From the NCBI RefSeq assembly GCF_026930045.1, contig NC_072740.1:29684384-29748383 (forward strand): a stretch of 64,000 nt of DNA. Direction: 5' to 3'. A program made the position numbers and the translations under genes. Positions 38,979-51,795 of this stretch are shown piece after piece (within the stretch, counting starts at the first letter, position 1; each line of letters starts with the position of its first letter). Source of the DNA: Uloborus diversus. Lineage: Eukaryota. The notes under the pieces were generated by a model. The model ran no database searches. It was not told the origin of the DNA and saw only the letters and a program-made list of their open reading frames with translations.

Positions 38979-41900
38979 TATTTTACTGTAAAAACAACAG
39001 CTTTTTTTTTTGCAGTGCATAAGGACATATAATTGTTCGCTGTTATATTATTTTGAAGATCGCTGTTAATCTCATTCATTTAACTCAGTATAGCGCATAT
39101 TCAGATAAGTTTATATATCTGTTTAAGCTACACATTGGGTTTAAGTTTTCTATTTGGAAACTTAAATATATTTTGAAACTCATTGATTACTTACAGCAAA
39201 CGATGTGTCTCAAAATATTTTCAACAAAAATTAAATGTTATTTCAGAAAAACTACCGATATATTTCCAAGTTCTTAAAGGTAAAGCGTTAGCAATTAAAT
39301 ATTTTTCATTAAAGTGAGCAAAAAAGACAAAAAAGTGACACTTAGTTGCCTGTCCCAAAATTTAAGGTTAACGGCACATTATTTTGTGATTTTCAAACTC
39401 TTGTGCTAAATTCAGCATACTGCGTTTTCGGATTAAGTTCTATTGCACCTAGATTACCATTTACCTAGGACCATTTGGAAACTGACAATTGATTTGAACT
39501 TGATCACGTACTGCAAAGGGAGCAAATAACTCCGTAACGAAACGAGCGATTATTACATAATATCTTTTCAAATAAATTTAAACATTGAATGTTTGACAGT
39601 AAAATTATCATAAATTTGAAGTAAGGGAAAAAAAAGAGTAGATTCCAATCAGAAAATAATGTTTCTTGACTCAAAAAGTAAAATTGAGGCAAGTGTACTA
39701 TACTGAATGTCCAAAAAATACAGACATCCCAAAATAACAGAATGATTCAAATTTTCTCTGATGGAAGCCGTTATCTTTCTTGGTACAGACACAAGAAGGA
39801 GCGTTCCTCAGCATAAGTATGCTGAGGAGCGCTTGTCCACGATGACATAATAGTAGTTTTTAGTCGAGTCAGTTTGGATGGTTAATCTCCCATGCTTTCG
39901 ATTTCTTCCTAGAAATAGTCACTATGATTGATGGTGGTCAATGAACTAAACTGACCATGGAAGTAGTTTAAACCAGTCAATGTTCTTGAATTCAATTTGA
40001 GCATCGGTTGAGTACGATAGCAGGCACATCCGCATGCTAAACTAGATCATCTCTGCACGGAAATATTGTAGCCATAAACGAATGTACGAGATCGGTAACG
40101 ATGTTGAGGTTATGTGCGGTTCAGAGTCATGTTCCAAAGATATCAAACACTCAATTGGTCCTGAGAAAACATTACAAAACCACAATTTCACAGCCAACAG
40201 CATGAAAAGCGAAGCACAGCGTCAAAATCTGCAATTCCAAACGACAGCTCCTTGATTTTGTGTTGGTCCACCACATCTAAATTGAAAACTGAATTCTGCC
40301 GATCAGGTCACATCTAATTTGTTGTCATGTGACTAATTTTGTCGTTCTTTAACCCAAAACAGTTGCCTAATTCTATTTTTCCTCTGCAACGAAGGCAGTC
40401 TTGATGGTCTGTTGCTGTTGAAGTCCACCCTTTTCAGAGTATATCTTGTACTTTTGGATATGATTTGTGACACATCTCCAATCAAGTGAGCTGTAATTTG
40501 TCTCAACATTGATCTTTTGTAGTTACGGGATTCGCGCAGAGGTCCAACTTTGGGACACGGTACTCTCAAAGTTAGCTTAGTTTTTTATCCTACATTTTTA
40601 ATCACCTCTTACCTTCTGCAGTTGAAGATACATCACAGAATAATCGAACTTCCAGGTACATTTTAATTCAGTTGATGAACCAGGTGAAAATACACGAGAA
40701 ATTTTTTTCGTAAGCATGTCTAGTGATTTTCATGTAAAAGTCAGTGTAATTTTAATAAAAATGCTTTGAAATCAAAAGAAACAGGATGAAATTTAAAGTA
40801 TTCACTATTAAATGAATGTATAGACGAAATCTAACAGCATGACATTCTAAAATTTCATAGTGGATTTATGGGGTCCTTGGAACAGGTGGATAAGAGACGC
40901 ATAAGACACAATAAATGCATAGAAAACTTTTGTTCAAACTATTTTAACAAATGTATCATTGTTTCCGAACAACAGTAAGATATCATTGTTTCTGAGATTG
41001 GATGCCTTAAAGTTGCTCTGATATTCTGTAAAAGATGATATTATAGCGTTAAATAGCACAAACTTGCAAGGAACTATAGACACGATATTCAGGGTTGCAA
41101 ATAGCCCCTTTTCAATGCAAAAGAAGTGAGCTAATGAATGAAAAAGCATCCGGTTGAAAGACATCTAATTTGATATTTTACACTTAATTTTTCAGCTACA
41201 ATAGATAACTTTTCTTATTCCGGTCGACTTTGAATTCAAGCAAAAACATTCCTCATACCTTTTGGTTCGCCGAAGAACCTATCATGACCACAAGGACTAT
41301 CTCGTATTTTATTACTCCTATTCCTATAGTTCCTATTTTCCTCTTCTAAATTCCGATTCATTCAGAGGGACAGTATCAATGATTTAATTGGCTGTCAAAT
41401 GCATCATGCCAGTAAATGTAAGGAAACGCAATAAACATGCCAAGATAAGATAGTAAATAATTATACTTTCAAAACTACGATGCTAGGAAAAATAAAGTTT
41501 TGAAGTTTCCAAAGTATAAATACTCAACTTTTCAACCCATTAGATTCATACATGCTTGTTGATTCTCACTGCGTAGAATTACCATCATTTTATGAACAGA
41601 AGAATTTTTAGAAATAAAAATGGTGCGTCGTAAAATTTTAGAACTCGCTCTTGGGTTACCATCAGATAAAAGACCGAAAAATGTGGTCATTATGATAAAC
41701 TTTTTTTGCCTCAAAGTTCTTTTATATCCTTTTTAACGTTGTTAAAACTTCTGATGCATAATGTAAAAAAGTACCCTAGTGAATAGAAAGATTTAGAGTG
41801 AAGGAATAACAGATGAAGTGAGGTTTTTCTTCTTGACAGCATATATACTACCTCCCCTATCGTTTAACTATCTTTGAGATTATTTTCAACTCTGTATCTT

Positions 41901-42170
41901 TAAGCAGTTGTTATTGAATTCAAAGCATTAACTTTCAAATTTACTGTGAAATTTTCGAGCGATCTTAAATAACGGAAAAACCAAGACATTTATAGCTCTA
42001 CTTATGTACCCATTACTACCAAAAATCCGTCTCAGGCGTATTTTCAAAAGAAAAAAGCTGTTTTTTTCCTTCACTTTAAACCAGTTAAAAAGAGAAAATG
42101 TCTTTTTTTTTAATTTCATAAATACTTATTAGATGTAAGTGTTATTGCTTTCAAAAAGAAATGAATACTC

Positions 42171-42386
42171 CCGTGTGCAGGTAAACGGCAGTATCTGCAG
42201 AAACGTGTAGTGGATTCAATACTAACAATAGGAAAATGTTGGAATTAGGCGCCGTTTTTGCGCCTCTTTTTCAGCGGAAACCAAATAAGCGGGCTTGTAC
42301 AATAAAGATAATATACAATAGATGACGAAAATGCAAAAAAATGAAAAATGAAAAATTCGCAGTTTCTGCCCTTTACCTGCACACGG
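42171..42386. mobile_element. MITE-like element of about 215 bp with roughly 30-bp TIRs
   Basis: 'ccgtgtgcaggtaaacggcag...agaaac' (42171) is inverted against 'gtttctgccctttacctgcacacgg' (42362-42386). 'aatactc' occurs immediately 5' (42164-42170) and 3 nt after the 3' end (42390-42396), a possible imperfect TSD. Confidence 0.5.
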
Positions 42387-43201
42387 CAAAATACTCAAAT
42401 GTTATCAAATATTCCATCCTAACTCTAGAAAAGAATTAAAAACTTCATTAGTGAACCTTTCATTGGTTAAATGAATTATGATAAATTTATATGATTACAT
42501 ATATAAAGATATATTTAATATGAGTTATTCGCGTGAATAGCGGTTACATAATAATAGGATACTTACACTTCTTTTTAAAGTTAGTTGCGGTTTCTAATAG
42601 AAATGTGTATTGGTTCCTCTCCGTTTGAAGACTGAATGCATCCACCCCTAGAGGCCGATAGTCATTCTTTCATAACGTAATTCTATCGAGGGATAGCCAT
42701 TTCCACTTCAGAGTTTTAACACCCACTTAGCCTTCTAGGCTTTCGCGATGCAAAATTGCACTTGAAGCTTAATGTAGCCAAGATCATTTAAACCAAATAC
42801 ATATGCAAGGAATCTTGAACATTTCACAGAATATCATAGGGTCATTCCATAGAAATGTCAACCTCAACCACAGAAATGTTTTTTCCACAAAGCCTTAATT
42901 GTGACCTATCATTTCATTCAGCATACTTTCTAGTACATAAATCCAGTAACAGTTTTCAAAAATTTCATTCGGTGTTTCTCTTCAGGCTCTAAACGTGCGA
43001 GGTTGTAGAAAAGGCTTAGCATGTGCAAAAAAACATGCGTCTACGTTTTCTTGTGTAATGCAAAATGTTTTGCAAATTTTTAAAAGAACTATGTATATTC
43101 TAAATGATTAGATGTTGGCCCAATAAAATTCAGGGTTATTTTTTCATACATTATAAGATAAGTATTTTAATTAGTTTGGTTATTTCACTGAAAATATTTA
43201 C

Positions 43202-44801
43202 GTTACGTTAGTCACGAAAATGTACTATTTTCTGCTTAAAAACTAAACCAGATGATTGAACCAAACAGCACTTTTTATTTTCTTACATCTATGTCATATC
43301 TACTTAAAAAGTGCAAAATATTTATTTCAGTATCAGTAGATATAAAATAATTAGTGTGACTAACGTAACATTTGAGCTGTGACTAACGTAACCGTTTGCA
43401 TGTCACTAACGTAACATTTTAAAAATGACTGCTAATATTTAAAACTTATTTAATTTAATGTACATTTTCATGAACAATTTTGAACATGCAGGCATTCTAT
43501 ATTGATTAAAAATATAAAGGGTGAAAAATACCAGTAAAATTACATTGTATAGACCTTCTGTTTACTTCGAAAAATACTTTTTTAAAAGTAGATACTTCCA
43601 ATTTAAAGAATTGTTAGAAAAGAAAAAAGGTGAGTAAAGCAAATTGAGTGCTCTGCTAAAGGTGCATTAAACACAAGAATCCAAGCTTAAGAATTAAGTT
43701 AATAGAAATATAGTTTTAACAAAGGAGAACGTCTCTATTTTTTAGAAAATACATGTCTACCTATTATTAAAATGAAATAATGGATGCTCGTTGGAAAACA
43801 TTAGAAGATGTTACATGATACAGTGACAATAAGCGCTGCTGCCATATATTTCAGAAAATGCAAGACTGATCATTTAGAAATTCAAACAGTTGCGGTGATA
43901 TCTAGAACTAAAATGCATTCTGCAAAAACGTTCAAATATTTTTTTTCAATATTACATTTTAATTCAAAAGCATGCACAACACTAATCGTTCGATGAATCA
44001 GTAAACCTTAAAAAATAATATGCCATTGAAAAGTACTACGGAGTTTCGACGATACCTAGTATATGGGCAGAATACTAGAATTCGGTGAAACTGTCAATTT
44101 GCATAAAGTTTACTTTTTAAAAGAGATATTTAGGACTTAATTAGCCCAAGAATGATGTTATTCAGTTTGTAAAAGCAGTTTTTTTTTATTTGTTTATTTT
44201 TTTTTCGCACATTCAAATTGAATTAATTGAACTGAATCCTTCCATTCAATTTCTTACCCTATTGTAGAAAAAAAAGTAAAGAAAGAGCCATAATGCAACA
44301 CAAAGAAAGTTCCCATAAAGTGTAAAAGTAGAATAAGAGCAAAAAATTAATTATAAAAAGTTTTTTATATGCATTCATTGTTTGCTTTTCGATGGTTACG
44401 TTAGTCACGTTACGTTAGTCACACACAGTTTTTCGTAAAAGTACCATTAAGGGCCAAAAAAGATTCATCTGTAAAAAATCTGTAGTACATTTTTAAAAAT
44501 AGATTGTTTACCTCTTACAAATATATCGGCCAATTTTAAATATCTGCGTAAGTTTCAGAAAAATTTGCCTCGTAACATAAGCATTGTTTCTCAGGGTTGC
44601 AAAAATGTTACGTTAGTCACGATGCCTTTTTTGGTGGAAAAACACCTGCCAGCGCTTATTTTGCTTCAAATTCTTGGTAGAAATGAAAAATAGTCACCTT
44701 GTACATTTTAAATCTGCACATTAAACCAAAACACATTCATTTTTACTCCCGGTGTAAATCAAAAGAGTTTGAAAATCAGCTGCGAATGTTACGTTAGTCA
44801 C
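43202..44801. repeat. Cluster of eight or more copies of the 14-17-mer (AAT)GTTACGTTAGTCAC in both orientations
   Basis: Plus-strand copies at 43202, 44396 plus 44409 (a tandem pair), 44606 and 44788. Minus-strand copies (GTGACTAACGTAAC) at 43366, 43389 and 43412. Most are preceded by 'aatgtt'. The intervening sequences are mostly unrelated to one another. Confidence 0.8.
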
Positions 44802-44859
44802 TATGGAATGACCCCATACGACATGAAGGCTTACGATTTTCTGCATCTCGAAACTCTAT

Positions 44860-44935
44860 CGACTGGCGCCGGATTTGTACCCGAGAGTTTGGGCGCAGGA
44901 GGTCGGTACTTAACCACTACGCCACCCTGCTGGTA
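44860..44935 (-). pseudogene. Degenerate tRNA-like sequence, possibly a SINE head or tRNA pseudogene
   Basis: The minus strand reads 'GGTGGCGTAGTGGTTAAGTAC...CTCGGGTACAAATCCGGCGCC', with a D-loop-like TAGTGGTTA and a T-loop-like GGTACAAATCC. The stems are poorly paired. It lies directly downstream, on the minus strand, of the GTGACTAACGTAACATT motif. Confidence 0.35.
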
Positions 44936-46175
44936 TTTTTTAACTATACCATTCGTAATGAATAAAATATTATATCTACTATTTAATGAAATACTATAAT
45001 ACAATTTAATCACGTGTACAACCGCAAAATCATAAAATATCTTTATTTCTCACGTAATCATCTTCAGTTAAAGAATGAAATACACTATTAAAAAATTGGT
45101 ATGGGTTATTAGAGGATGCGGCCGCAGAGGTCAGGAAAGGACATTTTACTTAAGCTATACAGTTCACCCTCTCATCAAGCATATTCAGGGCAAATTTGAA
45201 GTTATTCTGAACAGAGGTTCTTTTCATACTGTATTTTGAACGAGGAATTACAATTACCCTGCATAATGTTGCGACTGAAGTTCTTAACAAGTTAGACGCG
45301 TTACTTAGTTATCGTAAACAACAGACCGTAAGAATGGTTTGAAAAATCGTCTAAAACGGGGGAAAAATCACTCAACTTTTAAAAGAAAACTCTTTTACGG
45401 ACATTAGAACTCACCCATTAAAGATTGGATACAGGGTTATAAATATGGGCATTTATATTTTTTGAACTGTAATTCACATCAAAATGTCAAAGTTATGGAC
45501 CGTATAACTGTTCAAACTGTTGAGTAGCTATGTAAATAGATATCGACACAATCCAATGCGGGTTGCAAGGTACATAGACAGATAAAATAGAGATTGACAC
45601 TAGTAGTACGAGATCCGGCTGCAGAATCATTGCAGTCATAGAGTCAAAAACTAATTTTTATATTACATTATGAAAGGGGCAAAATGTTTTGGCTGGATTG
45701 CCTAGAAAGAAGTGCTCGCAAGTATTTTTTATCAAATTAATATTGTTTGACATTTTGGGGTAAAAATGACGCATTTATTATTAAAATAAACTATACTCTA
45801 CTTCAAAGAAATATACTTACACTGTTAAATTTTTTTTTTAAAATCAAATGTTACTGTAAAATTTTAGTTTCCTCGGTAGGACACAGCAACCAATTGGAGC
45901 TGGGATCGCTTATTTCTCCGGTATAAATTACCGTAAAAATCAGCAATACTTAAGTCCGCCATTTTACAGTAACAATTACCAGAAAATCTTCCTGAATTTT
46001 TAACAGTGTAAAAACTTGAAAAGCTATGGTTGCCGTTGCGCAACTGACCGCTACCTATTCGAAGCCACATGTAAACGTGTACTATTAGTGCACATCTATG
46101 CACTCATAAAATGTAGTCATCATTTACGTATGAAATCAAAGCTAATTTTTTTCTGAACGAGATAAACTAAGGTAT

Positions 46176-46608
46176 GCAAAAAAATTTTGAAAAAAAATAG
46201 AACCGACTTCAAAATTGCTCTAAAAAGTGAAAAATAATTTTATTCTTTAAACACCATCGATAATACTTTTAAACATAATTTTTGAAGTTGGCGCAAAAAC
46301 GATCGATAAAATCATTCACAGCCATAACTCAACTACAAGTATAAATTTAACCACGTCCAGTTTCTTCACGCATTGATGACAGCATATTTGAGTAACGATA
46401 TAAATGTTTCGTTCCTAAGTTCGGATGATTTTTTGATAAAAATGTGAACGAAGCATGGTTACAATGGATTTTACTTTTTGCTTTTGCGCCAACTTCAAAA
46501 ATTATGTTTAAAAGTATTATCGATGGTGTTTAAAGAATAAAATTATTTTTCACTTTTTAGAGCAATTTTGAAGTCGGTTCTATTTTTTTTCAAAATTTTT
46601 TTTATTTC
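46176..46608. repeat. Near-perfect palindrome: 125-bp inverted arms (100% identical by eye) around a 185-bp unique spacer
   Basis: The left arm 46177-46299 'aaaaaaattttgaaaaaaaatagaaccgacttcaaaattgctctaaaaagtgaaaaataattttattctttaaacaccatcgataatacttttaaacataatttttgaagttggcgcaaaa' is the exact reverse complement of 46485-46607. Confidence 0.9.
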
Positions 46609-47013
46609 ATTCTTTTTAGTGTAAATGTAGATATTTCAGTAAAATTTAGACGTTACCTAGTAAGAAGTGCGGCTCTATATCACTGTATTGCTTTAGAAAA
46701 GCCTTTATTCAAAATTATCATTACAATTACTATTAATGTTACAGTTATATGGCACCAAACTTTTATAACAATGAGTTTTATATTGTCGCGTAGATGAAGA
46801 TAGCGAAGACAATGTGAAAGCCAAATGAAGCGAATACTCCTTAGTCTCAACTCGAGATCTTTATTCAGAACCACGAATGAACGTTACATCTCCTTATATA
46901 CAACTTGAAAAAGTGCTGGAACTTTCCAGACTTTAAAAGATACAGAAATTAATAGAACATTCGAGAAAATACGGGAAACAGTAGAAACGAAATTTTAGTA
47001 ACATTCACTTTGT

Positions 47014-47085
47014 CCTAGTCGGGATTTGAACCCTGGTTGCTCGTGTGGGAGACGAGAATTCTACCACTGAGCCACCGTTATCCTC
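47014..47085 (-). pseudogene. tRNA-Gly(CCC)-derived pseudogene or SINE head
   Basis: The minus strand reads 'GTGGCTCAGTGGTAGAATTCTCGTCTCCCACACGAGCAACCAGGGTTCAAATCCCGAC'. The A box, D arm and anticodon arm (stem CTCGT/ACGAG, loop CTCCCAC, anticodon CCC) are intact and close to animal tRNA-Gly-CCC. The T stem (CCAGG/CCCGA) and acceptor stem no longer pair, with changes that look like CpG-to-CpA decay. Confidence 0.55.
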
Positions 47086-48635
47086 GGATGAAAAGAGCGA
47101 ACTTCGCTACAATATGATTTTAATCATTTAATAGGGAAATTTACTGTTTTTTGCCCATAACTTTTTATCTAAAGAACAAATATGGTCAAACAAAGTAATG
47201 GGACCTAAGTTGAGCCATCCTCTATCCATTAAAAAAAGAATCATCAAAATCGGTTCACTAGGTGAGACGCTATGAGTGGACAAACAAAAAAAAAACATAC
47301 ATACGGTATGAACTGATAACCGCCTCCTTTTTGAAGTCGGTTAAAAATTAATTTCTGCAGCCGATATTTTTATTCGTATTTATCCAATGGATATATTTTA
47401 TGTGACATTCATACTTGAAACGACGGGATAAATGCTGAAGCACAGGTAATAAAATTTGACTAATCTTGTGCGTAGTTTGTACGTCGATTAACCAAAGTGC
47501 AAGTTGATTCAATTAAATTTACATAGAAAGTTTGCTAAGTTCTGTAAGCTTTAGCTTTAAGCTAAGTAACAATTTAAACTTAGCATGCAGTACACCTTAA
47601 AACAGCATTTCAAGACTAACCAGTTTTCAAAGATTTAGGAAGAAAAGCACATTCATCTCGCTTCAGCTTGGCTAATGGAATAATTCCCTTGACCACTTAG
47701 CTTTAAGTTTTAATCCTTTGTTAACTTGTCAATCAAAATCAGTTAACAGTAATAAATCCCAAAATGATTGAGCAGAAATTTTCTTGGGGAATAAGAAGAT
47801 AAATAGTGGTAACCGTTTGAAAAAACATACATCTAAGTATTAGCATAATTTTTCTTTTTGAAACTTTTACTATACATTTTACATTTATTCAACTTCTGTA
47901 TAGATATATTAAATATCAAACAATGCATTTGGAAATAATAGGGCTACATATAAACTTTATTTTTGTATCTTCTATATTTTTACGCAACATTTCAGCTATC
48001 AATTACAAGCCTATACAATGATAAACTTATTCATTAAAAACTGATTTATAACAGAATATTAACTGTCAAGGAAAATCTTTTCAAATTGATTGATAATAAA
48101 ATTGAAACCAGACAACCATGTCAGGCACATAGCTAGAACTTTGTTAAGGGGGGGGGGGGGGTTCAAGGTTGCACGAACTTCAAAAGAGGAGGCATGCTAA
48201 AGCAAAATTAGTAGCTCATATTTACGTTAAAAAATAAATCCAATTAAAAGTATTTATTAAAATATGATAATTAACTAAAATTAATTAAATAATTGAAATT
48301 GATAGAGCATTTATTTAAAAAATTAGTTAACAAAAATTTTACATTAAGTGGCAAAGAAATTATTGTCAGTTTATAAAATTAACATTAAACTGAAAGTTAT
48401 CCCATACTAAGTTTTCATACATGGATAGAAAAATTCCATCACATAAGCTTCCTCGGTTCTGATGCTTTGAAAATGAGTGATATAATTCCTATTAATAAAA
48501 AGTTCACAATAAAAGAAAATCGGAAAACGAAAACTGTTCTATGGATTACTTGGAAAATGCAGGTAATAATTTAATAAAATATTAAAGCGTTGTAATATAT
48601 TTCAACAAAATATGTACAAGTCATTTTATTTGAAA

Positions 48636-49401
48636 AAATAAAGAAATCTATATCTATCGAGTCGAATGTATAACTGTATGAATGCAATATAACGTAATTC
48701 CGCCTCCCTGTCCGATTTGAACAAGATTTCTGGCAAAATTCAACCACCCTCTCGACGAAAATGTTAGCAAGGTCTCATTTAAAAAGCTTGAACTAGTTCT
48801 TTATTTATCTACGTTTATAACATTCTTTTGATAATACGAAATTGAATGAAATGTCTAATTTTTTCCGTTTTCAAATTATCATTTCTAACCATCATTTAAA
48901 AGCTTGAACTAACTATTAACTCTTTGATGGACGGAGACTTCCTTTGCTGCAATCATTAAAAGAAAAAAAAAAAAAAAAAAAAGCGTACTGCCGTTTTTTT
49001 TTATCGTTATTATTATTTTTTTGCAACGAATTGGTAAAATAAGCTATCTTAGGATCCGTTATGGTATTTTTTTTTCTTTCTAATGGGGCTTAGTTAGATG
49101 CTTTAGCCTTTTCGGACCTAGTGCGAACCACCGATATGGCATCGAGTCTTTCAAATGCTACCATTAAGGCACGGATGTGACTGGCACAAGAAATTTTGGT
49201 GCCGAGTTTCCACCAGATAGAGACACTTGAGCTCTCTTCGATGCGAAACTGCGCTAGGGGTTTAATTTTGTCAAGCCAAACGAATAGCTGAGAGATCTTT
49301 TACCTGTCGATTAATAGAATGTATAGTGAATGAAATTAAGCATCTATGTATTTTTATTTTAACAACATTTTGGAAAATGCAAATGATTGCTTTTTATAAA
49401 T

Positions 49402-49450
<49 letters not shown>

Positions 49451-50816
49451 GTTATGAATGATTTGAACATTATTGGCGATTTTCCCCTGATGTTTTCAAT
49501 TTGATGCTTCATTTAAAAGACCAAGAGGAGGCATCGCACCCTCCTATCTCACCACCAAACACGAGTTCAGTTTATTCTGCCAATACAAAAAAACTTCTGT
49601 ACAAATCAGTCTTTTTCAAATTAAAAATTAAAACAACTACAGCGAAAATGGCAATATACTCTACTCTATTACGAATTATCGCGTCAATATTTGATTATAA
49701 CCTGGTTACTTTACTGTCTTTATTAGCAGTAAGCAAGTGTTCGACTCAAAAATTTCATAATTTGGAGTCAAACGTCAAATTTTGATCATTAAGGTAATCT
49801 TCGTCCCGTTTGCGATTGCGATAATACAGTAGCATTAAATTAGATACATTTTCAACAAGATGTAATAAGCATAAAGCTAGCCAATTTTTGGAATCAAAAC
49901 TTATAGGTTTCTTATAGCCTCAGTTTGTAAATTTTTTGCTCCTCAGTCATCTGATGTTCAAAAGTCTAAAGTCAATCGTTTGTAAAAACTCTTAGAATGA
50001 TTGTGGCTAAAAATCCAGTAATGATTTAAATCTACCTTTCAAAATTCATGTAACAATAATAACACTTCTGATTCTTTCATTTTCAAGTTGGTATAACTGC
50101 CATTTTAGGAGCGATTTTGTAATCATCCTGTATTCTCGAAAGCATATCATATTTTATAACGTAGGTATTGACTTTTTTTCTTTCTTTTATGTGATGTTAG
50201 TAAAAGATATTCTATTGCAAGAAATAGCAAATAATTTTAACTTGAAGAAATTAAGAGTTAAAAAAAATAATTCTAATATAGACGTGAAATACACAAGAAA
50301 ATTTACCTCGCATTCACCTTTTCTTAATTATACGCGCAGTAAATAGCAGAAACTTTCACCTAGTAATTTATAGTTAAATGCACATGTCCGTTTTTTGTTC
50401 CGTTTAATGCTACCTTCGTAATTTACTAATGATGGATGCATAGATGCTTATTAAATAATTCCTCAGTAAAAAGGCGGTAATACTAATCAGAAAATTTATT
50501 CCAATGAAACAAATAGAAATTTGCTTTTCTTGAAAAACGGAACAACATCGAAGAAAATTTTTTTCTTTAGTTAAAAATGACTAGCCGCTCTTCTCTTGGG
50601 ACCATAGACTCACATTTCAGTAAGATTTAAAAGTACGAATTTCAAATAATTACTTTTAAATTACTTGTGTTAATATGACCGAACTTGCAATTTCATAAAC
50701 TGATCACAGTAAAATATTCAAGTAATTTTCAATTTCATTCTTCGCTTCATAAAATTTTGATACAGCAAAAGTAATTTCGTTGCATCAGCTTCAAATTTAT
50801 TTATTCACTTATGTTC

Positions 50817-50847
<31 letters not shown>

Positions 50848-51795
50848 TTTCAGGATTACAGTTTAAAAGTTGTAAGCTTCCGGGGAGATAAGTAATCTAT
50901 TATTGTTAAAAATAAACTAAAAGTTTAAATAAGATTATTAATCAAAATATAAAATGAATCTGAAATGAATCATCCCAAAAATATAAAGAGCAAAAATAAA
51001 TTAATTAATAATTAATGTTTATTTTTCCTCATCCTCAAACACACGTAATGTGTAGAATTTCTTTTTCGTTGCTGTCTGAACTTAGTTTTAAAATGGGAAA
51101 ACATATTAACACATAAATTGCTCGTATTTTTAAGAAAACTTTAAAAGGGTTTTCTTACTTTACTGTTCACCACAAAGGTATTTATTTATCTTACAACTTA
51201 CCTAGTTTGTGTACACTTAATTTTCTTTTGATTACAATTTTGTTCAAGATATGTTTCCTATAAGCGCGTGGTAGAAAAAAACTGTGTGTTAAAACAGAAA
51301 ATAGTAGGAATTTCAATTACTGATTCACTAGGGATGCACCTCACTCTGGCTGTCCTTCGTGCAGCATGTGTCAAGGAAATCAAGTCCAAACGGAAAAAAA
51401 GTCAAAACAAAAAGAAGAAAGAAAGAAAACCACACCAATGAGACTGCGGAATGTTTGTTTTCAATTACTTTGCCGATAGCAATCTGGTGGACTGAGGGAA
51501 AGGGGCCGAATTTCAAGGTCACAACTTCGGACGGAGTACGCGACACAGCAAGAGACAGGCGGCAACTGGGAACCCGCAGTTATTGCACGAGGTTCTCGTG
51601 TTCTGAATTGACTCGGACGCGGGAAAATATCCGATTAATGGGAATATTTAAGGGGAAAATACCAGGTTTCATAAAATTTCTCTCTTTGAAAAATTTTTGT
51701 TGACGTGAGGTGCAACAACTGAGAAAAAGCAGACAGTGGTCTTTCGGAAAGGGGGGGTCCGGACCCCATGGACCCCTCCCTTTGGCTACGTCTTT
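48636..51795 (+). repeat. Copy 2 of the dispersed 2.5-kb repeat, expanded to 3.2 kb by a copy-specific insertion
   Basis: See the entry for copy 1. Colinear blocks are 48636-49375 vs 227-1055, 50140-51320 vs 1095-2230, and 51320-51795 vs 2230-2752. The G-run is G8 here vs G14 in copy 1. An A31 tract at 50815 replaces T10G10 in copy 1. Confidence 0.85.
49375..50140 (-). mobile_element. Roughly 765-bp insertion present only in repeat copy 2, ending in a 45-nt poly-A on the minus strand (T45 at 49403-49447); a retroposon-like insertion
   Basis: It is absent from the orthologous position in copy 1 (1055-1095). The long homopolymer at one end suggests a poly-A-tailed retroposed element inserted in minus orientation. 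There is no tRNA-like head and no recognisable ORF product (ORF 49501-49785 has no detectable similarity). Confidence 0.45.

Noticed and set aside
39781-39826. A 17-bp-stem hairpin 'ggagcgttcctcagcata-agt-atgctgaggagcgcttg'.
   Set aside because: It is single-copy with no flanking TIR or TSD context. It could be a small structured RNA, but nothing else supports that.
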